This document shows, in pieces, positions 25,562 through 39,370 of a stretch of DNA of 64,000 nt (positions are counted from its first letter, which is position 1; every line of letters begins with the position of its first letter). Position numbers and translations under genes: made by a program. Where the stretch lies: contig NC_082720.1 in the NCBI RefSeq assembly GCF_030144855.1, positions 22,878,001 through 22,942,000 of the forward strand, written 5' to 3'. The DNA comes from Hypanus sabinus (lineage: Eukaryota). A model generated the notes under the pieces. That model saw only the letters and a list, made by a program, of their open reading frames with translations, was not told where the DNA came from and ran no database searches.

Positions 25562-27270
25562 AGAACTGGAGGAGATGGTGGAAGTACTTAATGACTACTT
25601 TGCTTCAATATTCACTGTGGAAAAAGACCTTGGTGATTGTAGGGATGACTTACAGCAGACTTAAAAGCTTGAGTATATAGACATTAAGAAAGTGGATGTG
25701 CTGGAGCTTTTGGAAAGCATTAAGTTGGATGTCACAGGGACCAGATGAGATGTACCTCAGGGGTGAGAGAGGAGATTGCTGAGTCTCAGGCAATGATCTT
25801 TGAATCATCAATGGGGTCAGAAGAGGTTCCAGAAGATTGGAAGGTTAAAGATCTTGTTCCCTTATTCAAAGAAGGGAGTAGAAATAGCCCAAGAAATTTA
25901 TAGACCAGTGAGTCTTAGTTCAGAGGTTGGTAAGATGATAGAGAAGATCCTGAGAGGCAGGGTTTATGAACATTTGGAGAGGCATAATCTGATTAGGAAT
26001 AGTCAGCATGGCTTTGTGAAAGGCAGGTTGTGCCTTATGAATCAAAACAGAAAAATACAACTGCAGGTGCTGTGGATCAAAGAATACATACATAATGCTG
26101 GAAGAACTCAGCTGGTCAGGCAGCATCCATGAGAAAAGAGTAGCCAACATTTTGGGCTGAGACCCTTCATCAGGAATGGGGGGGAGGGGAAGAGAGGGCT
26201 GAGGCCCAGAGAAGATGTGACTAAACACATTGATGAAGACAGAGCAGTAGATGTAGTGTAGATGGATCTCAGCAAGGCATTTGATAAGGTACCCTATGCA
26301 AGGCTTATTGAGAAAGTTAGTTGGCATGGGATCCTAGGGGACATTGCTCACAGAACTCAAAGGGTTGTTGTGGAAGGGACATATTCTGCATGGAGGTCGG
26401 TGACTCAGGGATCTGTTCTGGGACCTTTAGTCTTTGTGATTTTTATAAATGACCTGGATGAGGAAGTGGAGGGATGGGTTAGTAAATTTTCTGATGACAC
26501 AGAGGTTGAGGTTTTGTGGATAGTGTGGAGCACTGTCAGGGGTTACAGCTGGACATTGATAGGATGCAAAACTGGGCTGAGAAGTGGCAGATGGAGTTCA
26601 ACCCAGATAAATTGTGAGGTGGTTCATTTTGGTAGGTCAAATATGATGGCAGAATATAGCATTAGTGGCAAGATTCTTGGCAGTGTGGAAGATCAGAAGG
26701 ATCTTGAGGTCCGTGTCCATAGGACACTCAAATCTGCTGAGCAGGTTGACTGTGGTTAAGAAGGCATACAGCACATTGGCCTTCATTAACAGTGGGATTG
26801 AGTTTGACAGATGAGAGGTAATATTAATTCTGTATAGGACACTTGGAGTACTATGCTGAGTTCTGGTCGCCTCACTACAGAAAGGATGTGGTAACTATAG
26901 AAAGGGTGCAGAGGAGATCTAAAAGGATGTTGCCTGGATTGGAGAGCATGCCTTACGAGAATAGGTTGAGTAAACTTGTCTTTTCTCCTCGGAGCGATGG
27001 AGGATGAGAGGTGACCTGATAGAGTTGTATAAGATGGTGAGAGGCATTGATCCTGTAGATAGTCAGAGGCTTTTTTCCCAGTATTGAAATGGCTAACTAG
27101 AGAGGGCACAGTTTTACGGTGCATGGAAGTAGGTACAGAGGGGATGTCAGGGGTACGTTTATGCAGAGTGATGAGTGCATGGAATGGGCTGCTGGCAACT
27201 GTGGTGGAGGTGCATACAATAGGGTCTTTTAAGAGATTCCTGGATTGGTACATGGAGCTTAGAAAAACAG
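25562..27270 (+). mobile_element. CR1 LINE RT fragment, interrupted at ~26040-26205 by a short Penelope-associated repeat
   Basis: YRPVSLSSEVGK...SQHGFVKGR; DLSKAFDKVP...QGSVLGPLVFVIFINDLD...KFSDD. Confidence 0.9.
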
Positions 27271-27626
27271 AGGGCTGTCTGAGGGCCCAATGAATCACTG
27301 GCCTCTTCAGCACCTGGGACTTGACTTCTGGGAACGTTGACATTTGATTGCAGAGTGTCTTCGAACTGAACTCAAACTACTGCCCAGACTCTACATGTAC
27401 TACCCCTGACTTTTAACAGCACCCCCCATCCTTACCCATATACCCTAACCAGACCCCTCTCTCTTTGACCCAAAATATCCCTACAAACCTAAAAAAACCA
27501 ATTGTCTGAGCTAATAATCATAATCTTAAAGCTCCTGATTTGCTTTAATTTAACTGATGCATGTAACACTTAATAAATACAAGATGAAGATTATATCCTT
27601 ACCAAGTAGCTCTTTTTGTTTCTCAG

Positions 27627-27708
27627 ATGATGTATTTCTTCCTAAAGACATTGATTTAGACAGTGTGGAGATGGATGAAACTGACCATGAAGTGGAACAT
27701 TTTAAGAG
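27627..27708 (+). pseudogene. FAM193A: Orphan FAM193A-like penultimate coding exon (DDVFLPKDIDLDSVEMDETDHEVEHFKR)
   Basis: Acceptor tctttttgtttctcag|AT. The peptide matches the conserved FAM193 C-terminal domain; DIDLDSV favours FAM193A. The expected exon end AAGAG is followed by gcaagt (GC donor). I found no flanking FAM193 exons in the window. Confidence 0.75.
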
Positions 27709-28399
27709 GCAAGTAAAAAGAAGAATTAATTGCCATGAGAGTTCCAGCACAGATGAGGGAAGGCACTGGTTTTCCATGTGTGTAAAGGAGATGATCCCTG
27801 TCAGCAGAAGCTTTCAGTTAAACTGACCTTTCTTTATTTTCAATGAGTAATGACAGAAAGTAACTTATAATAAAATAACTTTGATTTCTTTCTATATTTG
27901 TCTCTGTTTGTAATCTGATTTTCTTCCATTCACGGTACAGCTGGTGTCTAATAAATGAGGCTCATCGCTCCCAGTAAGAGAGAGCGAGAGAGCAGAGCTG
28001 CCTCGAGTGCACACTGGATGAAGTATAGAGCCATTATTGTGTTTTCTGGAAGATAACTTTTTGTAAGTATTGGTAGTTTTCTTTTCACTATTTTCACTAA
28101 TTATTGTAAATTTTTGTTTTGACGCAACCAGAAAACACCCGTGCACTAAAGTGCTAAGCAACTCCAGCCATTTTTTTTTCTTTGGACATATCCATGTATT
28201 TAAGCAGGGTATACCATTTGGAAAAAGGTGTGTTTAACTCTGAGTAGAATGGGATTGTGATCCTGGGTCAGAAAACCCACTGAGGCTAGAAATGAAGCAG
28301 ATACCTGCGGAACAATGGAGGTATTAGAGGAGGAAGAACTTCAGTCCAGGGCCAAACTCAGGCTGGAAGCAGAAGGACCTTCAAGTGGCATCACCTGCT

Positions 28400-28920
28400 A
28401 ACTGTCCCTGGAAAATCTGTTCAGAGACTTTTCCTCTGCCCAGCAGAGGAGAAATGATGCTTTTAGGAACGAACTCTAAAGCTTGCAGAAGGGTCCCAAG
28501 ATGCCTTCATCGATAAAGTGACCATATTGCGAACTGTCTCCTCAGCTTCGAGAGGATTACCCAGATATGGCAATGTCCAGATGAGAAGTGGGCCTGTCAG
28601 CTAGTGCCTCTGCTGACAGGTATCGCTCTCGAAGCCTACTCTGCAGTGGATGAAGAGAGGTCATCACAACTATTTTGACCTGAAGGAGGTGCTGCTGGTT
28701 AAATTTGATAACTTGGCAGAAACATATCACCAACACTTCAGTTCCAGTACTGTATCACTTGGGAAGTCCCCCACTGAAAAGTATCATTGCCTGAAGAGTC
28801 TTTACCGCCAAAGTATTCAACGAGAGCAGAAGTCCAAGGATGAGATTGGTGAGGCCATTTTTCTGCAGCAGCTACTGCAAATCCTTCCTCCAGCACCAGA
28901 ACATGAACTCACTGTGGCCT
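28400..28920 (+). mobile_element. Decayed Gypsy gag fragment with SCAN-like region
   Basis: W.CQLVPLLTGIALEAYSAVDEE...DLKEVLLVKFDNLAETYHQHF...KSP.EKYHCLKSLYRQ resembles Gmr1/SCAN-type gag. Confidence 0.65.
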
Positions 28921-30321
28921 GACTTGCCTTGCAGTACCTCAATGCCCACAAGGGGGCACCATCACAGCCATTCTGAAACAACTGAGACTCTCAACACTTC
29001 AAGGGAATGTTGGGGTAACTTTGAAATTGGGAAGTGGGAGAAACAAGGGCAAAGAACCTGTGGTAGTTTCTTCTGGCCCTTACCTTGTCCTCTTACCCCA
29101 CCCATGACCAGCCACACCTGGCCAAGGTGTCTGGCGGCGGGCGGGCGGGCAGCTGGAGATCGGGCCCGGAGTCAGTCTAATGAGGCAATGAAGCCCTCAA
29201 AACTGCTTTGGCACCCTGACTCCAAGCACCCCGCACTTAAAGACAAACCTGTTGAGTAGTTTCAGCGGAAAAAAACATGATCAAGTGTGATAGAAGCTAA
29301 GTGCTGAGAGCCACGTAAGCTAAATTGTGGAATATACTGGACATAAGGAACCTGCTTCGAGCATAGCTGAATTCTGGTGTTTAGCACCCCTCCCCTACCC
29401 CCTAGTGGGCTGGTCCGCAAGAATATCATCAATATTAAACCGCCGTGCAAAAAAGGGTGCTGACCTCTGGCGTATATAAATTATTTCTACTTCCGGGTTG
29501 TGTGGTGTTACTTACGGTCTTTTCTGCACAGTGTGCATGCGTGTGACTAAGTGATTTAGGGTCAATCTTGCCTTTCACTAAGGCCGAGGTAGGGGACCTT
29601 GTGCTTAAAAAGGTTGGTCACCACTACACTGAAGTGCTAAGCAACTCCTGCCATTTTTTCATTTGAACATAATCCACATATCTAACACTCTCTTGCCCTT
29701 GCCTTTCGACTCTTCCCTGTCCTGGTCATAAGCTCACTTGCTCACGTCGTGTTTCAGACTTAACAGGACAGGATGATCTGATGGCCAGCCGTCAGTTGTA
29801 CGGGTAACTGAGTGTTAGCATCAGTGTCATCTCCCTGCTGTTGTGTCCACATTGCCCAATGAAAGTCTGATACCAGTGTATTCTACCCCCGACCTGCCTC
29901 AAAGTCGAAGGGTGACCCTGTCCAATGAGTGGTGAGAGGCATGGTATCTGGCCCATCATCTTTCTGTCAGTCACTGAGGCCTTGAGGGTTTTTGGATTTG
30001 GGGAATAGTTTGGGGGTTGGATTGAATCATGGGCCAGGTCAAACAGATCTGGCTCATTATCAAACATTTTTATTAAAATGTTTAGTAATATTAATTTATG
30101 AAGTGTAATTATTTTGGATATCTTAATTTTAAATGTGACATTTAATTTTAATTCTTCATAGTTCCCAACTTTTTGAAGTAGTTAAATAGGTAACTGATTA
30201 AGTCACCCTCTTAAATTTTCATAATATGTTCATTTCTAATTTAATTTTGAAGATTATTGTTAATTTTTTACTTGATAAAATTTATATATTTTTCCATTTT
30301 AATGACTGCTGGCTGGAAATA

Positions 30322-30947
30322 CAGTAGATTCCAGTTTATTGGAACACATTGGGACCAGTACATCTCGGCACTGAGTAACAAATTATGTATTTAAATAAAA
30401 TACAGAACACTAACAATCCTGCTACAGTATTATAAAACTGTAATTCCTGATAGTTATCGACAGTCAAAATAATCCAGTTGTATGCTGCCGTGTTCTTTTA
30501 ATTGACTGTAAATGAAAAAATCAGCACAGGCACCTAGTACAGATAATGGCCTGCCTTCATACAATGCATTCAACGATTGCATCCTCCAAATCTTCATTTT
30601 CATTGTAACGTTCAAGATGACTTTTGATAACTTCAGATGTTTGGGACCCCGATGAGCAAAAGGGTTCCAAATTGTCTTACTGCTTATTTCTCACCAAATG
30701 TCAGTGACAAAAATCAGCTTAAAAACTTTTTGCTCAAAACACTTTTTGTCAAGTGGTCGTGCAAGTGCTTGTGCCTGACACTAGTTAGTAACTGTTCAGC
30801 AGCAAGCTCCTGTCCTAATTAAGTGGTATGGTGTCTCAAATAAACAAAGGGAATCCCAGCTATTTTCTCAATATTTGTTCTTTAAGCATTGTTCCAAATA
30901 AGAGGCTGCCCTGATTAACCAGTGGTTCAATTAACTAGAATCCACTG
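30322..30947. mobile_element. Tc1/mariner-pogo (Tigger-like) non-autonomous DNA transposon
   Basis: Imperfect TIRs cagtagattccagtttattg / caattaactagaatccactg, flanked by TA on both sides (30320-30321, 30948-30949). Confidence 0.8.
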
Positions 30948-33900
30948 TACTTGTGCTGTTTGCAATGGATGCTGCGATGATATGATTTTGCCTGAATCTG
31001 ATAACCATCTCCAGAACTCTCAGCAAGATTTAAATTGGAACACATTTCATATTGTATGTTGGACTAAGCCCTCAGGAAGAAATATTTTTTTAACAATTTG
31101 GGATAGGTGTATAATTGCAGAATAATTGTAGGACAAAGTAAATTATGGAATGAAAATCCATTGTGTGTGGCATGCTTCTTCTCACACCTGGGAAAGTGAT
31201 GCCCGTCTACTGACATTTTTTCATGTATGCATCACAATGTTAAGCAATGTGTTTGAAGTAGCCCAGTGCAGTTTCCAAAATGTGACATATTATCACTTTA
31301 TAATCTTTCATTTGGTTGTACAATTTGTATTTGTAATGTTTTTGTTCCATTGTATATATCTTTATTTTTTATTGTAACAAGAACATTTTTATCTACTTCA
31401 AACCAAAAATTGTTAGTTTTATATGATTTTCTGGCAACAGCCAGCCTGAATTTAAAGATAGTGGTGTAAGCCCATGCTCTGACTGTTAATTCTGAAAAGA
31501 ATATAGGTTTCTATTATGCCGGCCAAGACTTATTGATATCCTTTTTTAAATTATGTACTGTGAATTGTCTTTCATTTGAAAGATAAATACAATGTCTTGA
31601 TGAAGATATGTTTGCTTATTTTCTCAGATGTTTGTTCTGCACGCACTTGTAGGTCTGGAAAGTCACAAGAGCTATTGGTAGGATTTAACAAGAAGTGACA
31701 CCCATCAAACACATCTTTTTAACAAATTCACCAACACAGAATTTGCTTGTCAGAAATTTTAGTACTTAGCCATGAGAGTAACCCGGTAATGCAGAATTGC
31801 TTATTCAGGCAGAAAATTACGTGGAGTAAAAACATTTTGTTTGTCTTCGATCCACTTATAATTTTTAAGAAGTGTTAATGTGAGATTTGGAAATAATTCT
31901 TTGCACTACATACTAATTTATTGCTTTATGTTCCTGAGAAACCAGTTGGACACAATTGACAACAACTTGTAATGAAGAGTCCACTTTCTCCCACTCAGAG
32001 CAGCAGTGTTTGATAGAATGCCTGCTGAACTCTACTCTTCATTAATGGAAAATTTCTTACTGGAGTAGCAAGAAGGAAGTACAGTATAACAAGTATTTTT
32101 TTTTCTAGTTAGATGGTGAAAATTATAAGGAGGTTCATACTGCCTTTAAATTTCTGAGAATCATCTCAATAACAAATCAGCTTCAGGAAGTGAAAATGAA
32201 AAAATGTTTTCTATTGGAATTTGAATCTTAACTAGATTAATTTTATGATCAAGTTAAACAAACTTGTGTCTTTCTGATCCTGGTGATTTGAATGATCTGA
32301 ATTACTGGAGGAATGGATCTGAAACCTAAATTATCACATTGTTGATTAAAATTAGATGCTTCATCTTTTAGCCAGTTTGGTAACAAGGATGAAACAAAAG
32401 TCCTATCTAGTTATGATATGGCCATTTCTCTGCGTGAGAAATATAACCAACAACATTGCATGCTGCTTTAAATACAATGTCAAGTAACAGGGTAAATTTA
32501 ATTAACAACTAACATTTAAAGACAACATTGTTCACAATATTCTATGACAAAGGAAGAATGCAAAATTCCCACCACGATTCTGGATGTGAGTAAAGTCAAC
32601 CTTTGTGCAGCTAAGACTTACGACTGGGGTAAAAGTACTGATGGATAAAATCATATTAGTGATGGCCAGAAATTTCAGTGATAAATAATCAGTTATAATG
32701 CAGTGGGAAAGGGACATGAGCTCCAAATCCCAAACTGAAAAAATGAGGGGCAAGGTAAAAGGCAAATATAAAGGAAGCAAGATGACAAAAACGGTGCATA
32801 TTAGTGGAAGAGATACAAAGTCTAGCAAAAGACGACATCCAGAGCCTATAACTAATAAAAGGCATCATTGAACATAATGAGAACTGTAAATTAGAGTATC
32901 AGTGGATTTAAGCTGAGTTGTGCACATAGATTGAATCTAATAATATCTTCTGAAGTAACTTGAAGCACCAATTAGGGGAATGTCATATTACTGAAGTAGA
33001 CTTCAATAAATCACTTGAGAAGTTTCTCATAATTGAACACTAGTTAAAGTTAATGTTCTTAGAAATGAGGGAATGATTTACTTGACTGTGAATGAGGTTG
33101 GGCAGAAGATAACAGGGATCATGGGCAGGTTCTTGTGGTCAGATGTGACTAGTTTGTGCTGCATGGGTCCGTGTTGAAGTAGTATTTACAAGTGATCTGG
33201 ATGCTGGAATAGGAACCACAGTAATATCCCAGAAAGGTAGGTAGCTTTGCAAATTAAATGTAAGTAGAGAAGTTGCAGTTGCAGCAACGAGACCAAAATG
33301 CAAATAGTTCTCAAGATAGACTAACATGTCTACCATGCAAGTAAAATGGATAGAGCAAAGACCTCAGTAAATGGCAAAAGGCTAGAAGAAATGGCAGATA
33401 TCATTCAAATTGAATGTAGCTAATGGAACGTTGACCTGTACTAGTCAACTAGGGATATGGATTATGATAACTGTCTATGCAAAGCTCTGGTCAGACATTG
33501 CCAACAGTAATGTGAGCATTACTGAGCACCTCTGGAGAAAGCGCATTGTAGATTACCAGAATTAAATTTGGAGTCCAAGGGTTAAATTGCAAGAAGGGAA
33601 AAATAATTTGGGTTGTAATCAAGAAATTTTAAAACTTAAGGAGCAATTTGAAGATTTTTAGGAGAATAGGGACAGAAAGCCAGAATTTCTCTTGCTATAG
33701 ATTTTAGGCAACTTTAAAAAAAAATTAAAGTAACTTGTTTTGGAAGCTTTATATATATTTAGGTGATGCAAATAATTATAGATATTCTAATTTGAAATTG
33801 TATAGTTGTTTAGGTATTAACTTACATATAGAATGCATCAAATGCCTTCTCAGTATTGAACAAATTTGAATTTTCAGGGATGTATTGTGAAGTGGAGGCC

Positions 33901-36139
33901 ATTTGGACTTGAACTGAGGTATCTGAATGTCTCCTTATAAAAAATATGTAAGATGTTGATGGAATGGAGCAGCAATCCATGGGGCTGTTTACATCGTCAA
34001 GCAGAGGAAGCTGTATCTTAAAACTTCTAAGAAACAAAGTTATATATAACCTCAGAGAAAGTGGCACAAAAGCAAAATATTCAAGGTACTGGTGGTTTTA
34101 AATGGAACAAGAAAATTGAAGGTAGTACTTCAAGTCAATAGCCTTTCAAGAGAACCAATGTATGGAATAGACTGACAAGTAGAATATTGGAATGAAAGCT
34201 CTAAAATCACAAATTCAATACCACATTAAGAAGATCCAGAGAGAAGTTGAAACCCCTTTGTCACAGTAATACTGTCTGTCAGCATCATAATGCATCTACA
34301 AGGCATACCATTATTCTAGCAGTGCTTGTTCAGAAATTTGTGGCATGGGTGTCTGGCATTATTTGTTATATTACACCATGACTTCCTGGGACTTAAGTAG
34401 CACTTTGCCAATGGCCCCTGTTGAAAGCAGCTGCAACATAAATATCAAATTTTCACTCCCTTTAAAATCGGCGATGATCACAAATTTGCTGCAAATGGTG
34501 TAATGGCAATTGTAGCAGAAATTAGAATGGCTCATGGCTTTCAATATTAGCATATGAAACAGCAACTTCCAGGAATGGCACCGCCATTTAAACTTGCATA
34601 ATTTGGAAGTTGCTGAACTTGGTGCCCTGTTCCACCTAAAGTAAGAATTAAATCTGTGAACAATTTACTATTCACATTCATGGAATGATATGAAGTTGCT
34701 AATTCTCATGGTGAACGAAAGCTTATGAATGTGAACCATCTTAATTAAAAATAAGTCCAACACAGTCTTATTCTTTCAGATGTCAAATGTTATTGGCAGT
34801 TCTATAGTATGTATTGATCTTAAAACTATGACTTGATCTGTTCATTTTCCTTCTATTTGTACTTTGCTTTTTTGTACATGATTTGATACAATTAAGTACT
34901 TGCTCATGTCCTGATTCTTGCTGTTTTTCGCATTAATCAGTATTGAGGCACAGAAAAATATTTTAGGAAGGCTGCACTTTTAACAGTGTCTGAGGGGAAT
35001 TACCTGTTTGGCCCATGGGCAAGTTCAGAAGATTAGGCAGTGGCAGATTGTATTTAAGGAAGTATTCATTTTCTTTGGGTATGTTATTCTCCTTATGTAT
35101 CAACTGTAGGTTGTTTATTTACTGAAAAGGATTGCCAGGAAACTTAACAAAACGATTTCAGGTTTATTTGTTACATGTACATTAAAACATACAGTGAAAT
35201 GCGTCATTTACATTAACAACCAACACACCTGAGGATGTGCTGGGGACAGTCTGTAAGTGTTGCCAAATATTCTGGGGGCAACACGGTATGCCCACAATGT
35301 TGGCAGATCCACAGAACACAACAGGCAAAAACGGCCCGTTCCTCCTTCCCCCCCCCCCCCACACACATAGACAATCCTTTAACCCCAGGACTGGTCTCCA
35401 GAGGCCATGTTCTCTGCAGACACTGGGTTTGGAACCTCCCAGTGGACTCACAAAGATTCTCAGGTTCAGCTCCAGATAATGGGCTTCAACATCTGGACGT
35501 CCAATTCTCGGGCCTCAATCCTCAACATTAATCCCAACACATGCTGATCACCAAACACCTGGCCTCAAATCATCCTTAATCTTAATTGAAAATTAACTTT
35601 GCAGATATGTTTGGAATCAGAATCAGCTTTATTATCACTGATATATTTTGAAATTTGTTCTTTTGAGTAAGACATAAAATTATTATAAAGTACAAAACCT
35701 GCAAAAGATGAAAAATGAGGGAGAGTCCATGGACCATTCATAAATCTGTTGGTGGAAGCAAAGAATCTGTTCTTAAAACATTGAGTGTGGGTCTTCGGGT
35801 TCCTGTACCACTCCCCATCCCCAGCAACAATGGTAATAATGTCAAAAGGGCATGTCTTATCTCCTATAAATCCAAGTGCAATCCTTAATGTAGATTAGTG
35901 CTTAATACCTGTTTGTAAATGGATCAGAGCTTTTATTTACTCCAAATAATGAGCAAACAAAGTAAACAGAAAATTTCAGGAACACTCTGCATGTCAGGTG
36001 ATTTCTATGGAAAGGGAAACACAGTTTTTGAAGTTTTGATCACAGACTCTTTAGATTCTGCCTGACCTGCTGAGCATTTTCAGCACTTTCTGTGTTTATT
36101 TCAGCTTTCTAACAATTGCAGTAATGTTTAAATTTCCTG

Positions 36140-36545
36140 TTCTGTGGTAAGTTTAAAAACCCACACAAGCTCCCTACCTGACTCCCTTGTCCACTCGTCC
36201 CTCCCTACTGATCTCCCTCCTGGTCTTATCCTTGTAAGCAGAGCAAGTACCACACCTGTCCCTACAACTCCCCCCTCACTACCATTCAGGGCCCCAAACA
36301 GTCCTTCCAGATGAGGCGACACATCACCTGCTAGTCTGTTGGAGTCACCTACTGTATCTGGTGCTCCTGTATATCGGTGAGACGCGACGTAGATTGGGAG
36401 ACGGCTTTGCCGAGCACCTACCAGAAAAAGTGGGATCTCCTGGCAGCCACTTATTTCAATTCTACTTCCCATTCCCATTCCCATTTTGACATGTCAGTCC
36501 ATGCCTCCTCTACAGCCATGGTGAGGCCACACTCAGGTTGGAGGA
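36140..36545 (+). mobile_element. Penelope-like element GIY-YIG endonuclease fragment
   Basis: QSFQMRRHITC*SVGVTYCIWC...YIGETRRRLGDGFAEHL...ATYFNSTSHSH: decayed GIY-YIG motifs. Confidence 0.8.
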
Positions 36546-38419
36546 GTGGATGGGAGGAAGGAATGGGGCTTGTTTTACGGATTTGTTGCTGCTGTTGTGG
36601 TTATTGTTGCTCGTGTTGTTCTGTTGAACATTGTGGGCTGTTGTGAAAGATGTTGTTTTGTGCCATTTGTGAAATTCTAATAAGGTGAGAACAGTGGGAA
36701 CTCTTTTTCCACACCCAAGCCCATAGTAAGGCTTTTCTGTGGACTGATATGACACCAGGGGAATTTTATTACGTGCCAGTGTCAGGGTTGTTCATAGGAA
36801 CCTAAATATGATTGAGTTTGAAAGCCACCCCCAACATATTTGTAAAGGTTTAAAGTGCTTAATGATTATTGGAGTGGAGGAGTTCCTGTGACTTAGGAAC
36901 CTTCCACTCCCTCATTGTCATCCCAACTATCATTCTGGATTAACAAAGGATAGGGATTGCAAAACCAAGGCAGAAATTTTCATAAGGGATTCAGAGCTGC
37001 TTTCCCCTCCCTTGTAAAACTTGCCCCAATTCATATTGGGTGCCACAATTGCTTATCTAACATTCAACTTTTGCTTCCATTTTTGTATCAAAGAGATTGA
37101 GATTCAAGTGATTCAGTTGGAATCACAATTAAGTTCCAATGAGCAGGTTATTGGTGGTTCATGTTGCCGAAAGGCACTGTAATAATCTCAATGCTTAATG
37201 GATTCTTATGTGGAACCCAATAAGATTTTAGTTGATTGGGTTATATTTTGAGCAGATAGTTGTCAGAATTATTAATAGATTAGGATGTCTTAAAAAAGGG
37301 TGTGGATAGCTGTTTTGTACGAATCTTAAAAATGGAATGTCCACGCAGAGTGGAGTTGAATCTTATTTTGGTTGGACTTTTCCATATAAATTGGAATCTT
37401 TAAAAAGCCAACATTAATACCCTCTTGGAATTACTATTTAAGTTGTGGTGACCTCTGATCACAAACTGCTACCATCTTTGTGGAGTTATTCCCAGAGTAT
37501 GATTACACAGGGAGGTTAGGAAAAAGCAATTTTCTCCAAGTGCTACAATTGGTAACAGTCATCTTGAAGAATTAAGTGCAGAGGGCAAAAGAGTTCGTAT
37601 TTTGTATCTCCAGCGTTTGATCAGTTTAGTAAGTAAAATGTAAATGTAATTCTAAGTTGAGTTAGTCTGTTAGAGTGGAAAATTTTTGATGAAGGGTCTT
37701 TGACCTGGAATATTAACTCTAAATGCCATGTTCAGCTGTGTACAGTGCTAGAACTCCAATATCCAAAATAAATTGTCCTCAGCTAAGGCACAGGAATAGT
37801 TATTAGGCTGCAGTGTGAAATTATATGTGCAGGAAGTGTTTTAACCTTTGTGCAAAGAATTATATGTTCCAAAGACTATTCTAAAGCTCATCTTCCAACG
37901 ATTGAGGAAGAAAAAATAATATTGAGTAATTAATTACATTTACATAATTTAAATGTATAAAAAATCTTCACATTGGATTGATGGGATTTCCAGGAGTATA
38001 GAAGGATGAGAACAGTTCAGTGCTGTTCTGACTGGGCAATAGATCAGGTTCAAGGGGCCGAATGTCCCCGGTCATTGGTGAAGGTTTGGCAGCACAGTGG
38101 GTTTGTGAGCAGGCTAATAAATCAGAGGCTGCAATCATGATCAGTAATGTTAGTTTGACTCACACCCAGGCAGTTTGAGGGTTTAAATGAAGTTAATTAA
38201 ATAAAATATGAATAAAAATGCCTGGAGAGGAAAACATTTGCTTCATACGTATCACTCATATTACAATCTGTTTGTACCTGCTCCATGGTTTTCCTGTGTC
38301 TGACTCAGCTTTCAATGGACTGTGTCAAAGCTGCTGTGGAAATGCGGAGGTTGAAGAAGGTTGGTCACTGCGACCTTTCCAGGGAGAAATGGGGTTGGAA
38401 AGGGAATGTTGGATCCACC

Positions 38420-38580
38420 AGCATTTGATGGTAATGCCAGGCCTGCTGCTGAGTGATTTTTAAACAATTTCTCTCTATTTATCTGGACTGTGTGTCAGTG
38501 AACAACACCCACATTCCTCCGACAGGAAGTCTTATCCACATCAAACAGGAAGCAACAGTTTAACTCACAGCCACAGGATC
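38420..38580 (+). promoter_or_regulatory. Inverted paralog of the TIM-A promoter-like segment (TIM-C upstream)
   Basis: tttgatggtaatgccagg...tgtcagtgaacaacaccc...ggaagcaacagtttaactcacagccac matches the reverse complement of ~2950-3090. A second match lies at 39395-39480 versus the reverse complement of ~2710-2790. Confidence 0.7.
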
Positions 38581-38599
38581 CTTTTTTTATTCTAGTTAA

Positions 38600-39370
38600 T
38601 CTTTTTAAAATTTCTGTTTTGGTTGAGAAGTGGTAGATGGGACTCAATCCGATCAAGTGTGATGTGGTACACTTTCCAAGGTTGAATTTGGAGTCTGTGT
38701 CCAAGGTTAATTGCAGGATTTAGCAGCAGAGGAAACAGAGGGATCTTGTGGGTCCATATCCACAGATCCCTTAAAGTTGCCATGCAAGTTGATAGTGTAT
38801 TTAAGAAGGTGTATGGTGTGTTGGCCTTCATTAGTTGAGGTATTGAGTTCAAGATGTAATGCTGCCCTACAATACACTTGTGAGGTCGCACTTGGAGAAC
38901 TGTGTTCAGTTCTGGTTACTTCATTAGGAAGTACAAGAAAATGGAGATTTTCCAGGATGCTACCTGAAATAGAGAGCATTTCTTATGATGAAAGGTTGAG
39001 CGAGCTAGGGATTTTCTTTAAGGAAGATGAGACATGTCTTGATGGGGGTATATAAGAAGATGAGAGGCATAGATGAAGCACAAAGCTAGAGAATATTTTC
39101 TCCAGGGCGTAAAAGTGTTTATAATTTTCAGGTGATTAAAGAAAAGTATAAGGAGATGCCAGAGGTAGGTGTTTTATGCAGAGAGTGGTGGGAGTGTGGA
39201 ATGTGCTGGTAGATGCAGATAGATCAAAGACATTTGAGAGACTTTTAGATAGCGCATGGATGAAGGAATAATGGAGGGCTATGTAGGAGGGAAGGGTCAG
39301 GTTGCTCTTGGAGTGGGTTAAAAGGTCAACACAACAACTGACCTGAGGAGCCTGTGGTACACTGCTCCAT
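38600..39370 (+). mobile_element. CR1 LINE 3' fragment
   Basis: RMLPEIESISYDERLSELGIF...; CR1 tail gtactgctccattttctatgtt. Confidence 0.8.

Noticed and set aside
29700-38400. Final FAM193 exon (FCLDSA...) or other host exons in the AT-rich stretch
   Set aside because: I found no matching peptide. Several ag/gt-bounded segments (e.g. ~31628, ~31999, ~33878) give no recognisable, phase-consistent product.
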